Origin: Blepharisma stoltei ATCC 30299
Taxonomy: Eukaryota; Protista; Ciliophora
DNA: 64,000 nt
Reading direction: 5' to 3'
Assembly: GCA_965603825.1 (NCBI GenBank)
Contig: CBFDEM010000046.1
Span: 372,001 to 436,000 of the forward strand
The notes beneath the pieces were generated by a model. It did not search any database, was not told where the DNA came from, and saw only the letters and a list, made by a program, of their open reading frames with translations. Shown here piece after piece: positions 38,991-53,800 of this stretch. Position numbers and translations under genes: made by a program. Positions within the stretch are counted from its first letter, which is position 1; the number at the start of each line of letters is the position of its first letter.

Positions 38991-40003
38991 GATATTTAGA
39001 AAGAGTTAGTGCATTTTATTTTCTTTATTATTTGACAATTTATTAAAACCCACTGATTATTGTTAGAAAATAAAATTTTCACCTAAATAATCCAATGAAT
39101 AAAGAATTTCAACTTAAACTGGCAATTTAATAAATATATAACAATTAAGAAGATTTTTACATTAAGTCTAGTATTTAGCGATTATAAAAATAACTTACTA
39201 AAATAATTTTTGATTAATTATTCATTGCAAATTGTGAAATCGCCGTTACAATCCTTGAAAGTTATATTTCTTTATGCTTTAAAACTAGAATTTCCATTTT
39301 TGTTTTTTTATTTTCGAATAGAGTTCACAAATTTGACTTTCCTAGAATTTTAACTTTTTTTTTCTGGGAGCTTTGAAAACTAATTCTTCAAAAAATTCAG
39401 CCCAAGAAAACTCTTTTTCTTCAGCTATTATTTTTCTCAAGATTGCTTATGGCTTGGCATTCTACTGAAGCTAAATTTACTTTTATCTTTGAAAATCCTC
39501 CATTTCTAATGCAAAAATGTAATAATTTAAGTTTCTGACTAAATAAATATAAGAAATATAAAAATAGAAAAGTAAAAATTTAGCATGAAATTTGACTATT
39601 GCATTAGACTTAATTATAGAATGCCATGAACTCTCTTCTTCAATTAGATTAAGTTATTACTGGCACAAACCCTTATTACTATATCAATATATTTAATTTA
39701 TTAAGAAACATCTAAAATATAGTTGATCTGAAAATCTAATTTTAATAGAACTTATAAATAGAATAATCCATAAATGCTCACTTAGGAAGGAGCTATTTAA
39801 ATTTCTTTCTTTCCTCAGATATTTTATATACTTTATATTAAATTAATACTTCACAAAAGATTTAAGATTTTTGACTTAATGCTTCAAATAGTTTAGCCTT
39901 ACTGCTCACTAAATTCTTAAGCTTTCTGGGATTGAGATCTTTTAGTTAGTTCTGTTGTTCATTTTTTCAAGTAAATTTCGTCTATTTATAAAAATAAATT
40001 CAG

Positions 40004-43000
40004 ATGATACCAACTACTAGGGAAGCTGATTTAAATTCTCATCACTTAATTTCAAGCCAAAGCTCTTCCTTGATCTTAAAGATGTCATGAGAGTTCATTT
40101 TAAACTGCATAGTCGAAATTTTCGATCCTCAATTCAGTACCAAAACTCCTTATAGAAATCAACTATTTCTTGAGGTAGCTAAAAATACTATTATCTTTAT
40201 TCAAACTTTGTCACTATTTTGATACCCTGATATTACAATCAGTAATTGAAGTTCTTATTCGACATTTTGGAATTTTTTGTGGTATTTCAATTATGACAGT
40301 ATATGTATGAAATTGAATATTTATACTTATTGCTATATAGGCGAGATAGTGGTGATTTTTTATTCGCTTTTTATAGTAATTTTATATTGTGCATTCAAAT
40401 TTTGGGAGTATAGATTGCCTCAAATGATTATTTACTCTGCTAAAGAATTAATTTCATTTCTCTCTTCAGTATCATTTATACCTTCTTTAACGATCCTGCT
40501 AATAGTATTCAAGTACTCAGCGTTTAAATACAGTGGTGTTCAGGAATATTACGATGATGACATAAACAAATTTAATCATGGCTTATTGGGATCAATTATT
40601 TGTCCAATTCTGATAGTAATGCTAATATTATTAGCTTTCATGAATGAACTTATGACTGTTGATATGAAGCATTCTTCATGCATGAAAAACTTAAAATCTA
40701 GGTCTAATTCCGCATGGGACTTGCTATGAATTTCATTTTCTATCATTCAGTGTTTTTTATATGTGTTCATGGATAAAACTGCGGTACTATTTTATTTATC
40801 AATAGCGCTAATACTAGGCCTATATGTATTTTGGTGTGGTTTTCGGTATTTACATTATTATAATCCTGTTGAAAATTCTATACAAAATAGCAAAATTGGC
40901 TCAATTTGTGCTGTTCTCATAATTTTTCTACTTGGCTATATAATTGATAATGCTGCTACAATGACATTATTAAGCTTCTTTTTACCACCTTTTCTAATTG
41001 CTTTTATTACTTATTGAACTCATAAGAAACATTTGAAACTTCCAGGACACAAAAGGAATAGATTAAATCAATTTACATTTGAGCATTCTATGAGACATGT
41101 GCTTACAGACAAAAATTGCAAAAATATTGAGGAAATAATATGTGTATTCTCCCATTGTTTTCATAATAGTGACTTTAAAAAAAATTCACTTTTTGTCATA
41201 TGAGAAACGAACTTTATTTCCCACATTGTTAAAGATGAAAGACTGGCAAGAGTTAGATTGACACAATTTACTAAAACAGGCTTTAGCATAGAAGGGACTA
41301 TTCAGAAATATAGAATTCTAAAGAAATTTAACGGCATAAAATCCAAGAAGATATTAGAAATTGATTATTTAGAGTATTTAACTGGACTTGATGAATCCAA
41401 AAGATACGACGAGGAAATGTGCCATTTATTAATGGATCTATGAGGTGAAATAGCCTGCAAGAGTCCAGAAATAACAAAACTACGAAAATTGACCGAAAGA
41501 GTTTCAGATCTTTCCTGCAAAATAAAAGTCCTTTACAGCAATCTTGCAGATAAAAATAAATTTTCTGAGGTTTTAGATTTATATGGTACTCTTTTGACTA
41601 ATATTTTTGGAGAAAAATATGAAGGAAATTTAATGCTTAAAAGAAAGCGTAATGTCAAAGAATCTATTGGCATGCAAGGGAGCCAAAAAATGCTTGGCAC
41701 CTACAGTGAAAATCATGGAGTTATGCTTATTTCTCTTGCTCGGGCATCTTTTGGGACGGTCTCTTATATAAACGAAAAAGCTGCTATGATTTTAAAGGTT
41801 TCCCAAACTGAAGTAGTGGGTGGAGATCTCACTAATTTTATTCCTTGGCCTTTTAGTGTGAACCACAATGATAAGTTGCTTAAATTTTATAACACCTGTA
41901 CTGAAACTGTGGTAAATAAGCTTTCCTCTCTATATCTATTAGATCATAACCGCTTTATTATTGAAATATATATTCTGGTAAGAGTTACTGCATTTAATGA
42001 CCAAGCTTATTTTATGGCTTCCTTTACTCCAATTAACACAACCAGGCAAGCTCTCCTTATATCTGAATCTGGGCGAATTTATGCTCACACTGCTCAATTG
42101 TCATCAATAATTTGCTCTGAAAAAATAAATCTCTCAGATACGAATATATCAGATTTGCCTTTTGGGGTCTCAATGAAAACTTTAAAGGCATTTGAGCCCT
42201 ATATCTTTAATTTGCAGCACAGAGAAGTCGTACTAGTTTATATTACAAAATACCAGAAAGGGGTAATGATGCATATAATCTTATTAATAACAGATCATTA
42301 TGAAAAGGAAAAATGGAAAAATAGAGAATCTGATGAGCAAATTGAGTACTATACGAAGGTTTCACCAATACGTGAAGTTGCGAGCGGAGTTTATGAAAGA
42401 GAAAGCTTTGATAACGACAAAAACACACAATTGGATACCTTGATGCCTCCTAAAACTGAAAAAGCAGTCACTATTAATACTACGATGCTTTCTAGTGAAG
42501 GCCCTGAGGATGATGAAGAGGAATCTGATAAAGGACCTTCTCAAGACCCAGCTAGTGTTAGTTCGCAAGCTTCGTCAATAAATCGTAAGTTTTATATAGA
42601 AATTGCTTTTAAGCTTGCAGAAGGGACTAGTGCTGCAATAACAAAATTTCAATGGGTTTTGCTGTTTGCCGTATATTTTAATTTAGATTATTGCTATGAT
42701 TGGGACGAATATTGGGATTTTGATATACATAATCGATGATGTAACTCATGCTGACGCATTAGACACTTTTAATCATCTTGGCCAAATAATGTTCCAAATA
42801 GGATCGATAGCTGATCTTGTGAGGTCGATTGATCTAGAACTAAGACAAGGAAAATACAACCTTACAAGAGACTTGGGATATTTAAGTCAAAATATTGCTA
42901 CTTTATCAGACTTGCAGGGTACCATACTAAACGATAAATCAATGTGAAGCTACTGCAAAAGCTCAGAAATTGTTACTGAAAATAAGATTCCTTTGTGGAG

Positions 43001-44273
43001 CTTTGATGAAGGCGAGCCCAAGTTGAAGAAGTATAACCTTTATGACTCTGTTTCTTTATTTATCCAATGGGTATATTTTATATAGGAACAAAATTTATTA
43101 GAAGATGCTATAAAGGAAAATAATTATTATCATAATAATATTGAGTGGCTTATGATTAACAGCTTAAGCTTTGCGTTTTCATTTATAGAAGATGCTTTAA
43201 CAGACTTAGTTAGCTGCGAGCAAAGTAGGATAAAGGATACTGGAACTATCATAAATGGCTTATTAATGGTTGGAATTATTATTTTAGCTGTTTGCTTAGG
43301 AGTGCTTATATATTTTGTAGTTTCACTAAGGATTGTATATGAAAAATTTTGATGCTTCATAAAAAAATCAGTTGCTATAAACTATGCACACCTTAAGCAA
43401 GCTACCTTGGATAGACTCATATCAATCCATGGAGTTGAATTGGAACAGGACAATATCGGCTTTCAAAAACCACTTGATCTTCATAACTTCCATATAAAAA
43501 CTACTCTTACTTGAAAATTCAGCGCAAGGTTGAGCTTTTTTGGAGTCAGTTCTCTATGCTTTTATTTATTAACAATGTTTTATCTCTACACAGATTGCGA
43601 AGAGTACATGTTCTATCGTCCAAAATTGTTGGAAAATATCAATATACAGAGATCATATCTATCAAGAATAGGATTGTATGCAAGGGACATTAATAATGAA
43701 ATCAATAAAAAACATTACCCTAAATCCTATAGCTTTGCAAATTCCACAAGCGAATTTAATCACTTGGTCTCTGAATATCAATATCAATGCGAGATTCTGC
43801 GCTCAAAAGGCATCGCAAACCTACTCTCTAAAGAGTTAAAAACTGCACTTTATGAGTCATTTAATACGCAAGGAGAACTCTTGAAACAGGGAACGTTCAC
43901 TGCAGCGCATTCAATTATTTTTGATGCTTTTAATATTGGTGGACCTGGAGGAATTCGTTCAGATAAAGAAATTTCTGATTTTGTATCAAATTTTACAATT
44001 TTACAGGATGCTTTAGTTGGGATATTTGATATGGCTGATACAAGCTCTAAAGATGTAATTTCTTCACAGTTAAACTTGATTACTTACACAACTGTCCTAT
44101 TTTCTGCAGGTCTTGCCTTTCTATTTTTATTTTATTATTTGCCATTTATAAAGGCTCAAACCAAATTTTTGAAAAAGACCAGAATTTTACCAAAAATGAT
44201 TTCAGTTCAAGCGAGCGATAAAAAGAGTGAAGCCATTTCTTATCAAACAAATGCGATTAGTGTTGGGATATAA
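40004..44273 (+). CDS. P7: PAS membrane family protein, ~1407 aa; introns 42585..42599, 42671..42686 (16 nt), 43071..43085
   Basis: ATG 40004 (MIPTTREADLNSHHLIS). The single frame change between ORF pieces is explained exactly by the 16-nt intron. Confidence 0.88.
42671..42686 (+). other. 16-nt spliceosomal intron
   Basis: GTATATTTTAATTTAG lies at the position of the 15-nt intron of paralogues; its removal restores LLFA|IIAMIGTN. Confidence 0.88.
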
Positions 44274-45122
44274 ACTAGAGTAGTTGTGAGGCAAAAAAAT
44301 CCAAGGTCACTTCCCTCCTTTATTGTAAAAGTGATTGCAAACTGAGTTAGGCATTATTTTTAGTGAAAAAACACGGCATATCGTTAACGATAATATATTT
44401 TTACCTCACTCGAAAGTAACCATAATATTTTATTATAATACCAGAATTACAAATATAAATTAATATTTATATAATTAATTACTTGCATTAATTTTCTCAA
44501 TTCAACATAAGAATTAAAAGGTAATGAGAAATTATCTACTAGCCTGCTAAGATTTAAGAATGTGCTTTTTTATAAATATGTTATTAAGAATTACTTCAAA
44601 AATATATAATTAGTTTATACAATGATTTTTCATCCTATTCTTTTATGCTATTTGCATAATAAAATTGTAATGTTTTTAAATTTTCAAATAATCCTTTGGT
44701 TTTTGAAGCCTATATAAAAATAGCTCATTTATTGGAATTTCACAGCATTTAGCTTAAGATTGTAATTATGCATTTATAGACTTGGAAATCTCCAAAAGAA
44801 TCTTCAATTTGGAGCAAGTTCAATTCAATTTTTTTTCGAGTTAGATGCGCTCTTAAGCTATAGTAACTAAGCGATTGAATTAAGTATCATAGCTAAAAAA
44901 TTTATGTTTTAATTTCTAAAAAATTTAATTTTCTAATTTGGTTATAGAAAAATGTAAATTTATAATCAATTAAATAAAGAGAAAATATAATGTATTTTGG
45001 ATAAAAATGTGTTCTTGGAAGCTGCATATAATATTAAGAATTTTGACTATGTAATTTTTTTGAATTGCTCTGTCAAGCATTTTTGTTAGTAAATTCTGTC
45101 TATGTATAAAAAATAATTTTTG

Positions 45123-48100
45123 ATGAATAGAAACGTCAAAGAGAGTGATCTAAACTCCCATCATCTGATTTCAAGCAAAACCAACTCTAGTAGTCTCAAA
45201 ATTTCATGGCAATTCTTCTTGAACTGTATGATAGAAATATTTGAGACTCAATACAGCACAAGAGCTCCTTACAGAAATCAATTATTTATTGAAGTTGCTA
45301 AAAACATGATAATGCTTATTCAAATCCTATCATTATTTTGGTACCCAAGTATATCTGTCAGTAACTGAAGCTCCTATTCGACATTTTGGAATTTTTTGTG
45401 GTACTTTAATTATGACAGTTTATGTATGGAATTAAACATTTTCTCTTATTGCTGTATAAGTGAAGCGTTTGCGCTTTGCTATTCAATTTTTATGATAGTA
45501 TTATATTGCATACTGAAGCTCTCTAGGCATAATTTACCCAAAATATTTCTTTTCTTAGCTAAAGAATTGATATCATTTTTATCCTCAATATCCTTTATTC
45601 CTATTTTAACTACTCTACTAGTGATTTTTAAATACTCGGCATTTGAATACACAGAAGTTCAAGAATATTATGAACATGATGTAAATAAATTGAATTATGG
45701 CTTATTCGGATCAATTTTTTGCCCTATCCTTATTGGTTTCCTTTTTATGTCGGCGTTTATAAATGAGCTTGTTCGAGCAGATATAAAGCATTCCTCATTT
45801 GGGAAAAACTTAATAGCAAGGTCTGATTCAACATGGGATTTGCTATGAATAACTTTTTGTGCTGTTCAATGCTTTTTATTTGTGTTTATGGATAAATCTG
45901 CAGTGCTATTTTATTTAACAGTACTGCTAATACTAGGGTTATATATATTATGTTGCGGTTTTCGCTATTTACATTATTACAGTCCTGTGGAAAGTTCCAT
46001 ACAGAACAGCAAGATAGGCTCAATCTGTACAGTTCTTATAATTTTTATACTTGGATATACAATCGATAATGCTGCTACAATGACATTATTAAGCATCTTT
46101 CTAATGCCCTTGGTAACAGTTTTTATCACATATTGGACCCATAAGAAAAACTTAAAACTTCAAAACTATAAAAAGAACTCGTTAAATCAATTTTCCTTTG
46201 AGCATTCTATGAGACATTTTCTAATAAATAAAAGCTGCCAAAACATTGAGGGAATTATTCGACTATTTTCAAACTGTTTTCATCATGATAAATTTAAAAA
46301 TACCTCTCTCTTTGTCATATGAGAGGTAAATTTTATTCAATATATTGCTAAAGACGAAAGGCTAGCTAGAGTAAGGCTTGTCAAAATTAATAGAGCAGAA
46401 TTTAGCATTGAAGGGACCCTTCAAAAGTATAGAATTTTAAAGAAATTAAATAGCATAAAATCAAAAAAACTGGCAGAAGTTGATTATTTGGAGTATTTAA
46501 CTGGGATTGATGAAGCGAAAAGATGTGACGAAGAAATTTGTCAAACTCTATTGGATTTATGAACTGAAATCGTATGTAAAGCCCCAGAAATAATAAAGCT
46601 CAGAAATCTGACTGAAAGAGTTGCTGATCTTTCTAGTAAAGTCAAAGAACTATACAGCAGTCTTGCAGATAAAAACAAATTTTCAGAAGTTTTTGAATTA
46701 TATGGCTTTTTCTTAATAAATATTCTTGGGGAATCTCAAGAAGGAAATTTAATACTAAAAAGGAAGCATAGCTTTAAAGAATTTAGCTCAGCAACAGGAA
46801 GCCATAAAACGCTTGGAACTTATAGTGAAACTCAAGGCGTTATGCTAATCTCTACAGCTTCCGACTCATTTGGAGCTATTTCATATATTAATGAAAAGGC
46901 TGCAATGATTTTGAAAGTTTCTCAACTCGAAGTGGCAGGTGCTGATTTCAATATGTTTGTTCCTAGACCTTTTAATATTAACCATAACCAAAAACTGAAG
47001 CGATTTTACGAGAACTGCACGGAAACTGTGGTAAATAAGCTGTCTTCATTATATTTATTAGACCATGAAGGATTTATTATAGAGAGCTACATACTAGTAA
47101 GACTCACAGCATTTAATAACAAAGCTTATTTTATGGTCTCTTTTTCTCCTGTTAGCACCTCGAGGCAAGCCATTCTTATATCACAAGATGGACTGATTTA
47201 TGCTCACTCTATGCAATTGCCATCTTTACTGGGAATGGACAAACTGGATTTGTCAGATATGTATATTTCAGAGCTGCCAATGGGAGTTTTTATGCAGAAT
47301 TTAATTCCTTTTGAGCCATATGTCGTCAAATTATATCGTAAAGAAGTTATAGTCGTTTATATCACCAAAAATCAGAGGGGGGTAATAATTCATATAATTT
47401 TAGTGATAATTGATCAATATGAAAAGGAAAAATGAAAAAATAGACAATCAGATGAGCAAATTGAGTATTACACAAAGGTTTCACCAATACTTGAAGTTGC
47501 TAGTGGTGTTTATGAAAGAGAAAGCTTTGAAAATGATAAAAATATGAACATTGACTCTCTAATGCCTTCAATCGCTGAAAAAACAGTCTTAATAAATACT
47601 ACTCATGGTGCAACCAGCGAAAATCGTGAAGATGATGACATTGAAAGAACGCCAATTCTCGATAATAGTACTTCACAAGCCTCCTCAATAGACAGTAAGT
47701 GTTATATAGAAATTGCATTTAAGTATGTAGGAGAGACTAGCGTTGCTATTGTCAAATTTCAATGGGTTCTGCTCTTAGCTGTATTTTTTATGCAGATTAT
47801 TTCAATGATTGGGACAAATATGGGGATTTTAATATACATCATAGATAATGTCACTCACACAAACTCTTTGGAAACCTTTAACCATCTAGGCCAAATAATG
47901 TTCCAAATTGGGTCAGTCGCTGACCTTGTGAGGTCAATTGATCTTGAGCTCACTGAAGGTAAATACAACCTCACTAGAGACTTAGGGTATTTAAGCCAAG
48001 GAATTGACACTTTAATTAGTTTGCAAGGCACTATTCTAAATGATAAATCAACGTGAAGCTATTGCAAAAGCTCAGAAATTGTGACTGAAAAAATGATCCC

Positions 48101-49388
48101 TTTGTGGGAAATTAATGATTGAGATGTTAAGCTAGAAAAATATAACCTTTATGATACTGTTACACTTTTTATTCAACGGGTATTCTTTACATAGGAGCAA
48201 GATTTATTAAAAGATGCTACAAAGAAAAATAATTTGTATGAAGACAATATAAAATGACTTATGATTAATAGTCTGAGTTTTGCGTTTTCCTCTATAGAAG
48301 ACGCTTTGTCAGATTTGGTCCTCTGTGAGCATAATAGAATTTCAGATACTGGAAGTATTATAAATGGTCTTTTGATGCTTGGGGTGATAATTTTAGCTAT
48401 TTGTTTAGGAGTGCTTGTATATTTTATAGTTTCGCTTAGAGTTGTGTATGAAAAATTCTGGAGCTTTATTAAGAAATCAGTAGCGATTAATTATGTATAT
48501 CTTAAACAAGCTGCCTGGGATAGACTGATATCAATTCACGGCATCGAATTGAATCAAGATAACAATGGCTTACAAAAACCTGTTGATCTGCACAATTTTC
48601 ATATAAAAACTACATTAACGTGGAAATTCAGTGCAAGATTAATATTTTTTGGCGCAATCTCCTTAACTTTTTATTTTTTGGTTATGTTTTACTTATATAA
48701 AAATTGTGAAGATTATATGAAAAGCCGTCCTAAGCTATTAGAAACTATCAATCTGCAAAGATCTTTGCTTTCAAGAATAGGTTTATATGCAAGAGATATC
48801 AATAATGAACTTAATAAAAAATATTATCCGAAGTCCTATAGTTTTGCAAACTCAACAAGAGAGTTTAGTTATTTGGTTTCTCTTTATGATACTCAATGTG
48901 AATTAATGCGCTCAAGTGATATCACAAACCTACTTTCTAATGAACTTAAAGCTGCTCTTTATGAGTCATTTATTTCTTCATATGATCTTCTGAAGCATGG
49001 GGCATTTGCTGCTGCCAATTCCATTATTTTTGATGCTTACAATATAGGAGGTCCTGGAGGGATCCGGTCAGATAAAGAAATTTCTGATTTTGTATCAAAT
49101 TTTACGATTTTTCAAGATGCTATAGCTGAAATATTTGATATGGCTGATGCAAGCTCCAAAGATGTAATTTCTTTACAGCTGACTTTAATTACCTACACTA
49201 CTGTTCTTTTTTCAGTTGGTCTAACCTTGCTATATTTATTTTATTATTTGCCATTTATAAAGACACAAACGAATTTTTTAAGAAAAACAAAAATTTTACC
49301 AAAAATGATTCCAGTTTCAGCTGCTGAGAAAAAAAGAGAATCATTTTCTTCTCAAACAAATGCGTTTAGTGTTGGTGATATAAAATAA
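45123..49388 (+). CDS. P8: PAS membrane family protein, closest to P7, ~1406 aa; introns 47695..47709, 47781..47795, 48180..48194
   Basis: All ORF pieces are in one frame with TGA=Trp; near-identical blocks with P7 (CTETVVNKLSSLYLLDH, EVASGVYERESF). Confidence 0.88.
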
Positions 49389-49569
49389 AGCCATAATAAT
49401 TTGTTTTGAAATGCTTTTTGAAAGAGGAAAAGTAACTAATTTCATTAAAATTAAGATCGATCATGTTTAATTTTTGAGAGCTAATAAAAATTGCTGTTAG
49501 CATAAGTGCTGCAAATATAGAAATTGCATTTAAATTGATTCAATTATCAGAAATACCAATAAAACGGTT

Positions 49570-49900
49570 TTATTAATACTAATTTTTGCTGTATTTTTTA
49601 TATAGATTTTAGCAATAGTTGGGACAAATATTGGGATTTTAGTTTATATTGTGAGAGATGCTTACTTATAAAAATTCATTAGACACTTTTAATCATTTAG
49701 GATAAATAATGCATATGCAGCAGATTTAGTAAGATCTACAAATTCATTAGACACTTTTAATCATTAGGATAAATGCTTTCAATTGGATATGCAGCAGATT
49801 TAGTAAGATCTATTGATGTGAAAATAGAGAAACGGTTAGATTTCCTTTCAAGAGACTTGAATTACTTGAATGACTCGATATATCGTATAATTGAATTTCG
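49570..49900 (+). pseudogene. PAS-family remnant with retained intron (49591..49605) and an internal ~70-bp tandem duplication
   Basis: LIFA|ILAIVGTNIGILVYIV. The block aaattcattagacacttttaatcatt...atatgcagcagatttagtaagatcta occurs at ~49672-49738 and ~49740-49812. Confidence 0.85.
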
Positions 49901-50812
49901 GACAAGTTGCTAGGATAGTAAAATGCAGAGCTAACAGTTGAATTATTTTGCATGGCCACAGAGATCTTTCAAATAATTCGTTCATTGCTTTCTATATCAG
50001 TAAATAGCAAGTACAATTGATGAGTTAGTTTGGCAATTTTTACCAAACATATTCTCCAAATTATTAGATTTTGCATGTCGACTATATTAATAGTTTTTAA
50101 TCAGAAATAAATCCTTTATATATAAATGTTGTTAAAAATTTGAAATGGTTGATGAAATAAATTTTTTTAGATCAGAAATTATATCGTTTAATCTTTTGTC
50201 TGAATGATATTAAAAACTTTTAAAAAAGCAAATATTTTTAGATTCAGCATTAAATATTAAATTTCTTTTAATTATATATATACCTCAGTTTTCAACTAAA
50301 TTATAGAGTTAAGATAAGAAATTTATTTCTAAAATTAGAGTAATCATAAAATGGTACCATCTATAATTTCGCTTAATTAACTTCCTCCTTTGGCAGCTTT
50401 TTTAATTATATGGTTTAATTAGTGAACTTCTATTGAAACAACTGGCGGAGATTTCATAATAACTGTGACTAATTTTTGAAATTTAGAAGGCATCCTTAAA
50501 TTCCCACACAAAAATCATTAATTAGAGCACACTTTGTACAACTGATAGGAATCTGATGAAATCTTAGTAGGTAAAATGATTGCAAATTCTTGAATTGGCT
50601 TTTTAGCATATAAAATGGCCTTTTCTTATTTGTTGGAAATTTATATATAATTTAATTATGGTAAATGTTTTAAGGAATTTATTTTTATTCTTATTAATAA
50701 GCAGATATATGGATTGCCTAAATAATTATGTTATAATTTCACATTAGATGAACTCTTAAATATATGTATATATAAAGAAACTCCACCATATATAGGCCCG
50801 TCCTTAGTAAAT

Positions 50813-53800
50813 ATGAAATTCTTATCAAAAAATGAGGCTGAGAACTTCAGCCAGCGCATTTTCAGCCAAAAAAGTGGTAATTGGTATCAAATAGCCTGAA
50901 ATTCATTAGTGAATTACTTAGTTCAGGGTTTTAAACCTCAGTATAGCTACAAAATACCATATAAAATCCAACTTTTAATCGAGCTAATCAGCAATAGCAC
51001 AGTCGTTTTCCAAATAATATCTCTTTTCTGATATCCAGTGAAAACACCCCAAAATTGAAAAGCTCATTCATCACTGTGAAATGATTTAAGTGTATTCAAC
51101 TATGATTATATATGCAAAGTAAACGACCTTTACAAGTTTTGCTACTACGGACAAATTTTTGTTATTTTTAGTTCAGTTTTTGCCATAATAATCGCATGAG
51201 TGATTAAAAGTATACTAAAAAAGGTTTCGAAAATTTTTATTCGCTATTCAAAAGCAATTATAAGTGTTTCTACAAGAGTTTCATTGATCCCTAGCTTAAA
51301 AATTCTGCTTGTAATTTTTAAATACTCTGCATTTGATTTTTCAGAAGTTCAAGAATATAAAGACACCAGCCCTGATTATTACAATTATGGATTAATAGGT
51401 TTAGTATTATCTTTTATAGGGTTCATATTGCTGCTTATAATAAATTTTGCATATGAATTACTTACTGCTGATTTAAGACACTTTAATGCAAAAAGAAATA
51501 TAAGTGCAAGATCTCACTCTTCCATGAATTTATGATGAATTGTTTTTTGTGCAATTGAAGTAACGCTTTACTTATCTTTTGATTATGAGGAAGTAATTGG
51601 CTTTATGATTTTTACATTGATTACGTCAGCTATTTTATTATTAAAATTTTTATATTTTTTGCCATATTATAATTCAATAGAAAATTCAATTTACGCTAGT
51701 AAAATAACTTCAGTAGCGACAGGCTCACTCTCATTTCTACTTGGTTATTTATATGATGATGCTTATCCTATTATTTTTATTTTTGTTTTTTTTACTCCAT
51801 TTGCTATTATTTTACTTATTATTTATATTATCAAAAGGCACTCAAAGCTTCAGTTTACAAAAAATCCTTACTCAAGCCAATATAATTATGAGAAATCTAT
51901 AAGGCATTTATTGTCTGACAAGCATTGCAAAAATATAGAAGAAGTTATTGAGATGCTTTCACAATTTTCAAACAGCCAGACTTGCACAGTTGACGGACTT
52001 TTTGTTGTATGGAAAGCTAATTTTTATATTGATATTGCTAAGGATGAAAGATTAGCAATGGTAAAACTTGCTCAAATTAATAATTTCCAATCTAATCTTG
52101 AAGGATGAATTCAAAAATATAGAATTTCCAATAAATTTCATCAGAGAGGATTTACAATTTTAAAGGAAATTGAGTACTTGCAATATTTAAAAAAGCTTCA
52201 TTCTGCTAAAAATAAAGACAAAGAGCTTTGCTATATTCTGTTAGATATTTACATCGAAATTTTAAACAAAAATACTCGTATTATCAAGCTTCGATATTTA
52301 ATCAAAAAGTTATATTGTCTTACTAAAGAAATAAAAGAATTGTATAAATTTCTTGTAGAAAATTATAAATATCCAGATTCTTTTGAATTTTATGCATATT
52401 TTTTAATAAAATTCTTAGGACAAGCAAATGAAGGAAACATTTTACTAAAAAGAAAGCAAAGCATAAAAGAAGATCCAATTATTGATCAAGGGCTTGAGGA
52501 ATATGGAGAAAATATTGGAGTTATATTTTTATCAACAGAAAGTGATTTATTTGGAACAATTGCTTTTATAAACGCAAGGGCTTTATCATTGCTAAAAGTA
52601 TCATCATTAGATGCTATAGGTAAAAATTTTGATGATTTTATTCCAGCACCTTACTCTCTAAATCATATTGAAAAAATGAAAACTTTTTTGAAATCTGCAA
52701 CTAAGACAATAATCGAAAAACCTTTCTCTTTATTTTTACAGGATAACTTTGGATATATTTTTGAGTGCAATATTTCTGTTAAGTTGACAGCTTTTAAAGA
52801 CAAAGCTTATTTTTTAATATCTTTTTCTCCCATTTCTTCTAATAGGCAAGTTATTTTAATATCAGAAGAAGGGGAAATCTGCAATCATTCAAGTCAACTC
52901 TCAGCTTTATTAGGATACCCAAAAGAAAGCATGAAAAATATGCATTTTCACAGTCTCATAAATGAACTTGAGCTGTCAGATATGGAGCTATATAATCCAA
53001 CTTTAATTCAGTGCAACAATCATGACTTAGTATTTATTCACATTACTGAAAAGGTAAAATCAATTGATATTCACTTAATTTTAGTCATTTCAGATAACAA
53101 TGAGCAAGAATTGTGAAAAAACAAAAAATCAGAAGAGCAGTTAAGATTTAATGCAAAACAACTATCAAATTGCCCTATTTCTCCGAAAATTAACAGCAAA
53201 AGTTTACTTAAAAAAGAAAATGAAACTTTTAGTGAAATTAGTGAATCACATAAAGTATATTCGAAAATCAAAAATGTTTATAAATCATTAGAAGAAAATT
53301 TTGAAGTTCCGAAATCTTTTAGCCAAGTAAACAAAAATATCTCCCCTGAACGTAATTTTTATATAGAAATTGCATATAAAAACAATAAAAGGACAGCGTT
53401 TTTGCTTCAAAAATTTCAATGAATTTTGTTTTTAACTGTATTTTATATATAGGTGTTCTTTCTGGTTGCTATAAATATTGGAATTTTAGTCTATATTGTT
53501 GATAATGTAAGCAACTCGGATTTATCAGCAGTTTTTTCTACTCTAGGCAATATTGAATTAAGTATCGGTCTAGTTGCTATCTTAGGAGAAACGATTAATG
53601 ATGAAGTTTCTCTAGGAAAATTCAATCTTACTCGCGATTTAGGATTATTATATTGAACGTATAATCATCTGAATTTAGTTAAAACCGAATTAATGGATGA
53701 TTTTCCAAAATGAAGTAATTGCCCTTGCTCTGATATTGTGACTGAAAATATTGTGCCAATATGGGAATTCAATTCAGGAGAAATGCTAAGAAAATACAAT

